Source of the DNA: Chiloscyllium plagiosum
Lineage: Eukaryota
Reading direction: 5' to 3'
DNA: 63,870 nt
NCBI RefSeq assembly: GCF_004010195.1
Contig: NC_057719.1
Coordinates: forward strand, 78,454,393 to 78,518,262
Below, piece after piece: positions 1 through 10,975 of the stretch. Both the position numbers and the translations under genes were made by a program. Position 1 is the stretch's first letter, and every line of letters starts with the position of its first letter. Under the pieces are notes generated by a model. The model was given only the letters and a program-made list of their open reading frames with translations. It was not told the origin of the DNA and did not search any database.

Positions 1-269
1 AAAAAAAAAGTTGCATTACATTTGTTACCCTCCAAACTGCTGGTAATATTTCAGAATCCACAGAAAACCACGTCAGTAGGGGACAATTGTATGTGGATAA
101 TCACTTGAACTTAGATTGGCTATGGGAGAAGTGCTAGGAAGTGAGATTTGTGTAGATAGGTCAACACCAACTCGTTGGGTCAAAGGGCCTCTTATGTGCT
201 GTATGACCATCTCGATGACAAGAAAGATTGCAAATTCCCTTTACATTTGCAGGCCTTGGAGAGCATTCC

Positions 270-480
270 CAGTAGTGAGCAGAAGGATTCAGCCCAATAC
301 CACTGCCATTTCTCGCCAGTATTGGTCCAAGCAGGTTAAAGAGCTGAATTTCAGAAGTAGGGTGATGGTGACTTCCTTTGACATCAAGGTAGCATTTGGC
401 ATGGTGCGGCATTGAGAAACCCTAGACAAATTGAAGCCATTGAGAATGAGGGGCAAAGAAAATATGGTGCGCTGGCTGGA
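270..480 (+). mobile_element. Decayed RT fragment of a CR1-group non-LTR retrotransposon ('family B')
   Basis: ORF 116..415 ends KELNFRSRVMVTSFDIKVAFGMVRH, a decayed version of the RT motif 'LDIKAAFDRVWH'. Confidence 0.6.
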
Positions 481-485
481 AGCTG

Positions 486-637
486 TTAGGTGAATTGGCC
501 ATGCTAAATTGCCCGTAGTGTGAGGTGAAGGGGTAAACGTAGGAGAATGGGTCTGGGTGGGTTACGCTTCAGCAGGTCGGTGTGGACTTGTTGGGCCGAA
601 GGGCCTGTTTCCACACTGTAAGTAATCTAAATCTAAA
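486..637 (+). mobile_element. HE1 V-SINE, 5'-truncated
   Basis: aggtgaattggccatgctaaattgcccgtagtg...ttgggccgaagggcctgtttccacactgt plus a TAATCT-type tail; matches the 3' half of the copy at 2422. Confidence 0.85.
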
Positions 638-1045
638 TGTAAACTGTAGTAATATCTTTGCGAGAGGCCAATTTCAGCTCCTTATTCAACTTACGCACTA
701 CATCCAGGCTACTGTTTGGGGGCCTGTAGAAAACTCCCATGAGGGTCTTTCTCCCCTTAGAATTTCTCAGCTCTATCCATACTGACTCTACATCCCCTGA
801 TTCTAGGCTGCCCCATGCAAGGGACTGAATATCATTCCTTACCAACAGGGAAACCTCACCCCCTCTGCCAGTCAGTCTGTCCTTACGATAGCACGTATAG
901 CCTTGAATATTCATTTCCCAGGCCCTGTCCACTTGAAGCCACGTCTCAGTTTTCCCCACAATATCGTATCTGCCAATTTCCAAAAGAGCGTCAAGCTCAT
1001 CCATCTTATTTCTAATGCTTCGTGCATTCATGTATAATATTTTTA
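638..1045 (-). pseudogene. CR1 LINE ORF2 N-terminus (APE-type endonuclease), truncated
   Basis: LKILYMNARSIRNK..DIVGKTETWL..YRKDR..RGGEVSLLV..ESVWIELRN..MGVFYRPP are canonical CR1 endonuclease motifs. Confidence 0.9.
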
Positions 1046-1098
1046 ATGCTGGTCCCCCACCTATTAAGGTGCAAACCGTCCCTCTTGTATAATTTATC

Positions 1099-1662
1099 CT
1101 AACCGTGAAACGTACCCCAGTGATCCAAGAATTTAAATCCTTGCTTCCTGCACCAGTTCCCCAGCCACACATTCAAGTCCATTATCTCCCTGTTCCTGTC
1201 CTCTCCAGCCCGAGGAATTGGAAGCAAACCGGAGATAACCACCCTGGACGTCCTGCTTTTCAGCCGCCTTCTGAGTTCTCCGAAGTCCCGCTGTAGAATG
1301 TCCCTCCTCTTCTTCCCGACGTTATTTGTGCCGACATGCACTACCACGTCTGGCTCTTCACCTTCGCCCTTGAGGATTTCCTGCACTCAGTCTGCACTGT
1401 TCTTAATCCTGGCACCAGGAAGGCAACACACCATCCTCCAAATCCCGCCTGTTGCTGCAGAAACACTTTTCAGTCTCTCTCACTATGGAGTCCCCTATTA
1501 CCACGGCTCTGTGTGATGTCTGACTCCTCGGCTGTGCCTCCACGCCAATTTCTGATTGGCAGACCTGACCGCCTCTCGGACTGGTAGTGACGTCTGTCTC
1601 TATGGTTTCCAAGAGATTCAACCTGTTGCTGACAGGTACTTTCCCCGGGGTCTCTTGCACTT
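1099..1662 (-). pseudogene. CR1 LINE ORF1 (SGNH/GDSL esterase-like domain), frameshifted
   Basis: VPVSNR..AVVIGDSIVR (ORF 1403..1675) and PDVVVHVGTNN..SRVVISGLLP..NVWLGNWCRKQGFKFLDHW (ORF 1099..1386), directly upstream of the endonuclease frame. Confidence 0.88.
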
Positions 1663-2421
1663 GTAAAATATTCATTTTGCTAAGAAACTGGCTGGTTTAC
1701 TCAAATGAAACTATTAAATTGTTCATGTATTATAAGGAGTTGCTGTCTGATACACTGATGGGACAAAGTATACACTGTCGTAGAGTTATTGCATGATTAA
1801 ATTATCTTGCTCTCTCTTGCAGCCTTGAGACAAGATGAAGACACAATACAATGTTTCTTAAATAAAATGTTTTCCTTGCATCAAAGTGTAAATATTCTTT
1901 AATGGCAAAATGAGGTTAAAGTATCGCAGCTCAGTATAGAATTTTAAGTAATTTTCAATGATTTTTTAAATTATATTACTCAGTTAGACATGCTTATCAA
2001 ACAAAAATATATTGAATAGATTTTCAGATACAGTATCTTAATAAAATTGCATCAGATTACCATGCTCAAAAACTTAAATGAATACTGTCATTGTAAAGGA
2101 GGGGGGGGGGGGGGATCGAATAAAAGATAAACACTTATACTATACTGCTTGATTGCTCAAGAGCTTGACAATTTTCATTTAATGATTGCACAATGGGTTT
2201 GAGTGGAAAATTTATCCAAAACAAAATGGGTGCAATTTCAAGTATGACTTGTACCCAGGCTGTTAATTGAACTCCAGTTGGAAAATCTGCTGCCAAGGAA
2301 TTTAATTCAGACCTCGTGATCATCCCCATTTTACTCCATGCACCTTTGGTGGGTATGCCTTCTGTAGTGTTGATTCCATGCTCTGGAACTCTCACTACAG
2401 TCTTTTATAACATAACTGAGT

Positions 2422-2744
2422 GGGCGGCACGGTGGCACAGTGGTTAGCACTGTTGCCTCGCAGCACCAGAGACCCGGGTTCAATTCCCGCCTCAGGCGAC
2501 TGACTGTGTGGAGTTTGCACGTTCTCCCCGTGTCTGCGTGGGTTTCCTCCGGGTGCTCCGGTTTCCTCCCACAGTCCAAAGATGTGCAGGGCCAGGTGAA
2601 TTGGCCATGCTAAATTGCCCGTAGTGTTAGGTAAGGGGTAAATGTAGGGGTAGGGGTATGGGTGGGTTCGCTTCGGCGGGTCGGTGTGGACTTGTTGGGC
2701 CGAAGGGCCTGTTTCCACACTGTAATGTAATCTAATCTAATCTA
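2422..2744 (+). mobile_element. HE1 V-SINE, full length, young
   Basis: tRNA-like head with A box (tggcacagtgg) and B box (ggttcaattcc), central V-domain (tgtgtggagtttgcacgttctcccc...), CR1-like 3' end and (TAATC)n tail. Confidence 0.92.
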
Positions 2745-3486
2745 TCTGTTCAACTGCACTTTTGAGTATCTGTGTAAGATAGCCTTATGTGGCTCTGCAT
2801 CAGACTATACATTCCTGTGAACTCTCTTGGATATTTCATTCATCAAAGACAAACATAAGTTGCTGTTGTGGTTGATGAGAATGACATTAAATATCAACAC
2901 TTTGATGGTAATTTGTCCAGCTGAATGTGTCCCTATCTGCTGAAGATGGATATCAACATAACTGCCTGGCATTGTGTTACGTGAAATTTTGAATTCTGAT
3001 ATAATTAACTGGATGAATAAATTAATTATGACACTAACCCATAGCTGATTTTTGTCTGTGAAGGAGAAAAGATTTTACAATTACATTTTTTTTTTGATCA
3101 CTTCCCTCCAGCAAAGGCAGTAAAAAGTGTCTTGGATCAGTATATAAGCTGCTGTTGAAGGCTGATAATTAGGTTTCAAACTTTGGAGTCAATTTTGAAT
3201 GGCATTATTGAAAATTATGTGAAATATAGTAAACACTAAAACATCATCTAATCATGACATGTTAGGGGATAGATGTTACCTGTGTTTTATACTCAATCAT
3301 TTAATCTGTCTATATGTGATCATTGAGAAATTAGTTGTAATGTTGACAATTAGATTTCTGTTTCTTCTTCCAAATACAGTATGATTCAACAGTGATATGG
3401 GAAGCTATCTAGGGCAAGTATTTGCCTGAAGGTATATATTACAGAAACAGGCAATTCAGCCCAACCAGTTCATGTCAGTTATCACA

Positions 3487-3783
3487 GAATCCCTACAGTG
3501 TGGAAGCAGGCCCTTCGGCCCATTGAGTCCACCCAGACCCAGCCCATCTCTGTAACACTGCATTTTTACCTAGCCTGCACATCCCAGGACACTGTGGGCA
3601 ATTTAGCATGGCCAATCCACCTAACCTTCACATCTTTGGACTGTGGGAGGAAACTAGAGCACCCGCAGGAAACTCTCAGACACAGGGAGATTGTGCAAAC
3701 TCCATACAGTTTTCCAAGAGTGGAATCGAACCAGAGTCCCCAGTGCTGTGAGGTAGCAGTGCTAAACACTGTGCCTCCCATGT
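3487..3783 (-). mobile_element. HE1 V-SINE, older variant
   Basis: Reverse complement of the HE1 head and V-domain; variant 3' part (gtcctgggatgtgcaggctag...gtagggattct). Confidence 0.85.
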
Positions 3784-3889
3784 TATGTTCCTTTCAAGAC
3801 CCCTTCAATCTTTTCTCCTCTAAATCTACAATTATACCCATCTATTCCTTTCTCCCTCCAATATTTGTCTATTGTTTCATTAAATACAT

Positions 3890-4098
3890 GGTTAAAAATC
3901 TCCTAACCCCAGGTTATAGTCCAACAGGTTTATTTGGAAGCTCTAGCTTTCAGAGCACTGCTCCTTCATCAGGTGGCTGTCCTAATGAAGAAGCAGTGTT
4001 CCAAAAGCTAGTGCTTCCAAATAAACCTGTTGGACTATAACCTAGTGTTGTGTGAATTTTAACTTTGTCCACCCTAGTCCAACATTGGCACCTCCACA
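3890..4098. mobile_element. Penelope-derived inverted-repeat (hairpin) element with hammerhead cores
   Basis: About 85-bp inverted arms (aggttatagtccaacaggtttatttggaagc / gcttccaaataaacctgttggactataacct); flanked by the direct repeat TCATTAAATACAT at 3877-3889 and 4099-4111. Confidence 0.8.
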
Positions 4099-4796
4099 TC
4101 ATTAAATACATCAAAATAATTTACTTGAACTGGCATCTTTGGTAATGAGTTCCATATTCTCACCATTCTTTGGGTGGAAAGATTTTATTTATAGATTCCA
4201 CATTCAATTTAAATGAGGATTAAAACTTTCATTTCAGGAAATATGTTGAAGACCTTTATAGAATTAATTAACACAGTCTTGCTCTGCTATTTTAAAACCT
4301 TGGCTTTTAGTAATGGTTAATACAGAGCTGTGCCGAATTCCGTATTGAGATTCTTAATTTATTCCCATTACTGATTCTGTAAATTATAAATTATCTCCTC
4401 ATTTAAGTGGTAGAGCCATTATTACTTCATTTTGCTAATTTTTTAAAAACTCGAACCGTGATAACTATTCATTTTTGGAGTGACTCCTATGATATTCTAT
4501 TGGCCAGTTATCTTTTGGAGCGGCTTAGGTTATGCAGAATTCCCAAAACAGCTGACTCTATGGGAATTGGGCATAAACTTGAAACTTGCATGGGGGAATT
4601 CTCATGTGCCTGGAAAACCTCTGAAAAAGCCCCTTTAAAGTCTGAAATTTCATGCTGTTCTGACACTATTTTAGTAACGCTAGACAAGCTAGAGGATTTC
4701 AAACCTGCTCTGTTTGATGGGTAGGAAACCAACCCTGACATAACACTGACCTTGATGCCACCTTTGTCAGATGAAGCCCCCACATCCACATCCTAC

Positions 4797-4832
4797 ACCC
4801 CCCCCCCCCCACACACACACACACACACACAC
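4797..4832. repeat. poly-C run plus (CA)n microsatellite
   Basis: Directly visible. Confidence 0.95.
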
Positions 4833-6102
4833 CATTTTCCCCCACTCCTCACACCCTGACCTGACATGATATACCCACCCCACCCCTCATGCAAACTCTA
4901 CCCAGCCTAGCCCAACAGCAGCCCAATAACTGATCGCCTCGACCCACCCATGCCCAATTCAATCTAATGTCCACCCTCCCTATCCACCTAGCACTTTACC
5001 CACGTGGCACCCTGCATACCTCACTCACCTGGCATCTGAACCCTACATTCATTTTGGCTCTTGTAGCATAGATGGATGGATGGGTAGTTAGACATTTAAG
5101 TCAGAGTACAGCTCACTGCTCTAAAGGGATATGGTTTCCATAGCGATCTAAAGCTTTGTTGGATTTGTGGATACCAGGGCAGATTTGTAACACAGGGGTC
5201 TGTCCAGGTATTTACAGAAGTCATCTAAAGTAAATGGATAACTTTGAAACCAATTAAAATTGGAAATAGAGTCTGACTCTGATCTGTCTGGGGAAATATT
5301 TAGTTGTAGATTTCGTTTTGTAATTATTTTTAATAATTTCCCAGTATTATGTAAGGACAATAATCTTCTGGTCATTGATGTGGTCTGTAATTGGAAATCT
5401 CATGCTGTAACAACTTTTCATTACAGGCACATGGTTTGATGGCAGCCAAGAAGTCTGCTATAGATGTGTCTGCCTTCTGATGACCATTCCATTATTTAGA
5501 GTAAATACCTTTTACACAGTTTTAATCCTGGAGTAGGAGAAGAATATTGATCTAAAAATTCAGAACGTCAGTCACATTTTTCATGTTCATTTTGATCATG
5601 TTTTTAAAATGTACCAGAAGGATGTGGGTCAAACATTCAAAGTTGTTTGTTTGTTGCTGGTTCTTAAGGGTTGGACTCCTTTAGATGTCGGTGATCCATC
5701 ATCTTGAAACCTTGCAGTCCATGTAGTGAGAATATTCCCACATACTGTTAGGTTCCAGGATTTAGACCCAGAGTCAGTGAAGGTGGTGAGATATGTTGCC
5801 AATTCAGAATGGTGAGAGCAGGGAATTGAAGATGCTGGCATTCCCTTTTGCTGTTCCCTCCTGGGCAGCACAGGCCACAGGTTTGGAAGGTATTGTTGAA
5901 GAAATCTTGAAGCTCCTGCAGTGTACCTTCTCAATGCTACACATTGCTGTTATTATGGGCCAATGGTGAACGGAGTGCTACAGAGGTGACCACTCATCCA
6001 TGCAAACCAAGATTGTTCGATCACACCTCCTGACTTATGCCTTGTAGATAGTGGAAAGGCAATGGGTCTTCATTCACTGCAGAGTACCTGGCCTTTTAGT
6101 CA

Positions 6103-6190
6103 CAGTTAAAATTCACACAACACTGGGTTATAGTCTAATAGGCTTAATTAAAAGCACTAGCTTTCAGAGCGCTCCTCCTTCATCAGGTAA
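6103..6190 (-). mobile_element. Penelope terminal-repeat fragment with a hammerhead core
   Basis: Same sequence as the left arm of 3890-4098; the minus strand reads tacCTGATGAaggaggagcgctctGAAAGCTAgtg. Confidence 0.75.
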
Positions 6191-7701
6191 TGTTGTTTTA
6201 ATGACAAAGGGACATGCTTAAATCCTCATGTTAGGGGTGGTCTTGAATAGTGTGAATGTTATTTACCACTGATTACTTTAACATTGATTACCAGGTCTTG
6301 TGGCATGCTGCCACTGCATCATTGAGAACTATCAAGAACACCCATGTTTTTAACCATTTATTGGAAAGAAGGGTATTGATGAAGCAGCTGAACATCTTTA
6401 GGTCTAGGTTCCATCGCTGAGGAACTCCTGCAGGGATGCTGTGGGATTTGATTTGGTCTCCAACAAATATGATCATTTTCCTTTTGTCCGATGTAGAACC
6501 TGAGCCAATGGGGAGTTTTCCCATTGACTTCAATTGATTCCCATTGACTTCAATTTAACTTGAATTCACACTGGGTCAAATGCTCCCTTGATGTCAAAAG
6601 TCATCACTCTCAGCTCACCTCAGGAATTCATACTTTTGTCCATGTTTAGGCCAAGGCTACAATTTGGGTCATTAGCTGAGTGGCCCTGGTGCAACCCAAT
6701 CTGAGCATTAGCGAGCAAGTTATTGTTGATTAAAAGCTGCTTGATAGAAGACCACTTCCTTCACCTTGCTGAGGATTGTCATCATTGACCAGACAGGTTG
6801 CATCCTGCTTTTATAGTCAGTTCTTGTTGACCAAAATCCCACACTTTGGAGTAGATCTCCATTGTTTAATTGTCCATCATTAACCGCAACTAGATCTGGA
6901 GCAACTGTCGAGCATAGCTGTGATCTGTTGGTTGTGGAATTTAACCAGCTCTCTCTACAGCGTGCTGCTTCTGCTGTTAAACACCCATCCAATCCTTATG
7001 TTGTGTTGTGACTTTACCAGGTTGGCACTTTGTTTTTACTGATGCCCGCTGGTATCCTCGCATGTCCTTCTGCATCTCCATTGGATTGGGGTTTGCCCTC
7101 TGGCTTGAGGATAATGGGGATATGTTGGGCTTGACATTCTAGATTGGGGTAGAATACAATTCTGTGACTGCTGTTGGTGCATGGGCCTTATGAAATCGTG
7201 TATTGGGCTGTTTGTGTCCTACTATTTATTCCACTTAATATGGTGATAATATCAAATAGCACAATCAAGGTTGTTCTCTGTATGAAAATGGGACAACTTC
7301 AGAGAGATTGTATGAGCCTCTTGTATTGGTACAATCACACATTAATGTTGCTTTGGTGGATAAATTACTGAGGACAGGGTAATGTAGCTCGTTCCCTTCA
7401 TCTCAGTTCTTCCACTACCTTCCACAAATCGAGTGTGTAAGCCTCGTCCCTCAGGGCCTGATCTGCTTAGTTAGTAGTGATGTTACCAGGTGAATGTTGT
7501 GATAGACATTACAGTCAATCACTAGAGTATATCTGGGCCCTTATACTCAGTATCCCCTTTAAATTGTGTTGGAGTATTGAGTCAACACTGAGACAGGATG
7601 GTGGATAGTAATCAGACTTTCTTGCCCATGTTTTACCTGTCATAAGACTTCATGGTTATGGAGGCAATTTTAACAGCTTCCAGGGCCACTCCCTCTCAAT
7701 G

Positions 7702-8006
7702 GGGAGGCAATGGCCTAGCGGTGTTATCACTCAGGTAATGTGCTGCGGACCCAGGTTCAAATCCTGCCATGGCAGATGGTGGTATTTGAATTCAATAAAT
7801 ATTTGGAATCAAGAGCCTGTGATGACCAGGAATCCATTGTCAATTATTGGAAAAACCCATTTGGTTCACTAATGTTCTTTCTTTGTCTGGCCTATATGTG
7901 AGTCTAGACCCACAGCATTGTGGTTGCCTCTAAACTGCCCACAGGGATGAACAATAAATGCTGGTTATCTAGCGATGCCCTCATCCCGTGAATACGTTTT
8001 TAAAAA
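7702..8006 (+). mobile_element. tRNA-derived SINE sharing its 3' tail with 'family B' LINE
   Basis: A box tggcctagcgg, B box ggttcaaatcc; tail gggatgaacaataaatgctgg..gcgatgccctcatcccgtgaa resembles the LINE 3' ends near 25480-25535 and 59880-59940. Confidence 0.75.
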
Positions 8007-8309
8007 ATCATGTGACTATGCTACCATCTCTGGTGGGACTGTTCTCCTGATGAAACAACGCATGCCCACGGTTGGTGATTGAGGAGTTGCGTTGTTGGCT
8101 AAAAAGTATAACACTCAGTATGACAATATTAGGCTGTGGGACATTAGGAGAGCTGACCCACAAATGTTAGGACAAATCCCCAGATGTTACCAGGGTATGC
8201 CGTGTTGTGTGCAAATGCAGTGGCTAGGACAATGCTACAATGTAATCCTTCCAGTTTTTGTCTTATCATTTCTTGTGGAGTTTTTGATTGGCTGAACAGG
8301 CCATTTTGG

Positions 8310-8457
8310 AAGGTTGTCGCAAGCTAAACACATCACTGTGGGTCAGAAGTCCAGTACAGACCAGACTGCTTAATGAGAACAGATTGTCTTCCTTATGTCC
8401 TGGACCATTAGTCTAGGATTCTGTGGTCTATTAGCATAATCACTATGCTACTGTCCT
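8310..8457 (-). mobile_element. Degenerate antisense copy of the same SINE family
   Basis: ctgtgggtcagaagtcc...accagac is antisense to gtctggcc...agacccacag in 7702-8006. Confidence 0.5.
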
Positions 8458-9089
8458 TGACCATAACTCATCACTTGCAATTGAGGCAGGCTATTTGTTG
8501 TAATTAGCTCACATTTTCAGCAGGATTCGGCAATTAAAGAACTGACTAGAAAAGTGTGAAGCAAGACAAAATGCAGATTAAATTTTTGAGAGTAGTAATA
8601 GGACATTTTGTGGAGATAACTATGGTTCAAGCCTCCATCCGTTTCTCTGGTGGATGACTATGACAGAGCTTTACTTCATCATTCCATGATGATCACTTTC
8701 CTTGTGATGCCTTTTCAAATCAGTTGAGACCTCTTACTGGGTCTGAGCTCTTCCCGAATCTTTCGGAATATTCGACTCTACTCTGGAACTCTGTGCTGTT
8801 CGGGTAGCTGTGAGATTGCTTTTCTCCATTTTAGTGAACTTTCTTGTCCGTTACTGAGTATTGATGACCAGGTTATCAATGGACTTTCCACTACATACCA
8901 ACACTGACTCTAAAACTACCTGTTGGCATCCTTGCAAAGTCTGCACCAGTCTTGACTCATCTACCTTATCCTTGTATTGAAGTCTGGAGGATAATTTTCA
9001 CACGTACCTGGCCGGTTTCCCATGTTCCTTTCCAAGTTTGATATTATCCGCGTCACTTTACCCATGTCTTGGCTGGCAACAAAACCTCT

Positions 9090-9620
9090 TCACTCATCAC
9101 CCCTGTCCTTACTGAATTTCATTAGGGTGTCACTGAAGTAGGAACCAATGCAAAGAATATCCTGCTCAAACAAAAATGGAAATTGCTGGAAAAACTCAGC
9201 AGGTTCGGCACATCTATAAAAAACGCTCACTGGACCAGAAAGGTTCACTTTGCTTTCTCTCCACATTTGCTGCCATGCCTGCTGAGTTTTTCCAGCAAGT
9301 TCATTTTTCTTTTTGTTTCTGATTCCTTGGCTTCTTTTGCAAGGAATCTCAGGTATGACTTCATCCGTCTATACCTCTACAATCTGCTCCGGACCCATAA
9401 TTCCCTACCTTGCACCCCCACTATTGAAATATCTGCTCTCCTCTCTCTTTCGCCTCTTGGGCATCTGAGTTTTCTTGCTTTGCACTTGGCTGTTGTGTTT
9501 TCAGCTGCCAAAGCTCCAATCTCCCTTCCTAAATCTCTCTGCCACCTGCCTCTCCCTCTTTAAGATTAATTTAAAACCAACCTCTTTGATCAACCTTTTG
9601 TCCGTGAGCCCAAATATCAC
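9090..9620 (+). mobile_element. L2 LINE 3' remnant
   Basis: catcacccctgtcctt (ITPVL..LH), tacctctacaatctgctc (YLYNLL) and tttaagattaatttaaaaccaacctctttgatcaacctttt (FK..LKT.LFDQ.F) are typical L2 C-terminal motifs. Confidence 0.6.
9170..9322. mobile_element. Penelope-derived hairpin element inserted in the L2
   Basis: Inverted arms ttgctggaaaaactcagcagg / cctgctgagtttttccagcaa. Confidence 0.7.
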
Positions 9621-9739
9621 AAAAGAAAATCCATGTGATCCATTCACTGATTATATTGCTATTTGATGGGGGAGCTGGCTGTTTGCAAATTGGCTGCCAC
9701 TATAGTGCCCACATTTTGTCTTCAAAGTGCTTGGTTAGA

Positions 9740-10442
9740 GACAAAAAAAACCCTGCAGATGCTGGAATCCAAAATAGACAGGTAGGGGACTAGAAAAACA
9801 CAGCCAGCCAGGCAGCATCAGGAGGTGAAGTCAACATTTCAGTTGTAACCCTTCTTCAGGACTGGGAGTGGGTGTGGGGGAAGCTGCAGGTAAAGGGGGT
9901 GGTGGGGACAGGGTGGTGAAATGGGGATAGGTGAAGACAGTCAGAAGCTATGACCTGGTTCGTCAATGGGAGGAATGAATCCGCTTGGCGACAGGGAGCA
10001 ATGGAAGGGAGGGGGATGGGCTGGGAAGGGAGGTTATTTGAAATTGGAGAACTCAATGTTGAATCCGCTGGGCTGTAGTTTGCCCAGGCAGAAGATGAGG
10101 TGTTGTTCCTCCAATTTGTGGTTTGGTTTGTTGTGGCAATGGAGGAGGCCAAGGATGGTCATGTCTGGAAGGGGAATTAAAATGGGCGGTGACTAGGAGG
10201 TGAATTAAAATGGGTGGTTGACCCCTGTGGGCCTGGTTGCGATGCTCGGTGAACCGCTCCCTAAGATTATGTTCAGTCTCGCCAATGTAGAGAAGACCAC
10301 ATCGGGAGCACCAGATGCAGTAAACTTGGTTGGAGGAGAGGCAGGTGAACCTCTGTCTCACCTGAAGGGACTGTTTGGGGCCCTGGATGAGGGTGAGGGG
10401 GGTGGTGTACTGGCAGGTTTTGCATCTTTTCCGGTTGCAGGG
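9740..10442 (-). mobile_element. Penelope-like element 3' part: GIY-YIG endonuclease plus terminal repeat
   Basis: ORF 10053..10361 RQRFTCLSSNQVYCIWCSRCGLLYIGET..LRERFTEH matches the Penelope GIY-YIG domain (VY-CxxC-YIG). It is followed by a terminal repeat related to the hairpin at 40700. Confidence 0.9.
9829..9863 (-). ncRNA. Minimal type I hammerhead ribozyme motif (degenerate) in the Penelope terminal repeat
   Basis: The minus strand reads agtc-CTGAAGA-a-gggttacaact-GAAAT-GTT-gact; stem I is agtc/gact. Confidence 0.6.
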
Positions 10443-10659
10443 GCAGATTCATTCAAAGTAGTGTTTCAAAGTACTTTGAGGCATCCAGTAGTTACAAATA
10501 ATGCTACTTAAATGGAAGCCTCTATTTTCGTGGCTTCCTGTAAGCTTTTGCTTTTAGAATGGCCTAATGTAGCATATTTAATTTGAAGGCAGTATGCAAA
10601 TGCAGTTGGCTGTTGTTATTAGGATCTGAAATGGTCAATCAAGATATCCTACCAGCGCT

Positions 10660-10975
10660 ATAGCTCAAATCCTTCAACCCTGGAAATATCCATAGATCTT
10701 TTCTGATCCCTTTCAAGTTTCAAAACATCTTTCCAATAGGAAGGAGACCAAAATTGCACGCAATATTCCAAAAATGGCCTACCCTTTGTCCTGTACAGCT
10801 GCAACGTGACCTCTCAACTCCTATACTCGATGCTCTGACCAGTAAAGGAAAGCATACCAAATGCTTTCTTCACTATCCTATCTGCCTGTGACTCTGCTTT
10901 CAAGGAGCTATGAACCTGCACTTCAAGGTCTCTTTGTTCAGCAACACTCCCCAGGACCTTTCCATTTAAGTGTAT
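10660..10975 (-). mobile_element. CR1 (HER1-type) ORF2 C-terminal fragment
   Basis: Antisense of RP.LEYCVQFWSP (ggagaccaaaattgcacgcaatattcca). Confidence 0.8.

Larger units (their letters stand above)
5630..8230 (-). mobile_element. Long, heavily decayed 'family B' CR1-group LINE interrupted by younger inserts
   Basis: Patchy antisense similarity to the better copy at 59060-59942 and the RT fragment at 270-480 (e.g. ggtcaaatgctcccttgatgtcaa = antisense LDIK.AFD). Confidence 0.6.

Noticed and set aside
2422..2495. tRNA-like sequences with A/B boxes (also 7702, 17100-17181)
   Set aside because: They are SINE heads continuing into SINE bodies; no complete cloverleaf gene is evident.
2331..2718. 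Recurring ORFs such as MDCGRKPEHPEETHADTGR and ILPVSAWVSSGCSGFLPQSK (also near 3498, 27041, 44462, 49943)
   Set aside because: They are translations of the HE1 SINE on either strand, not a protein family.
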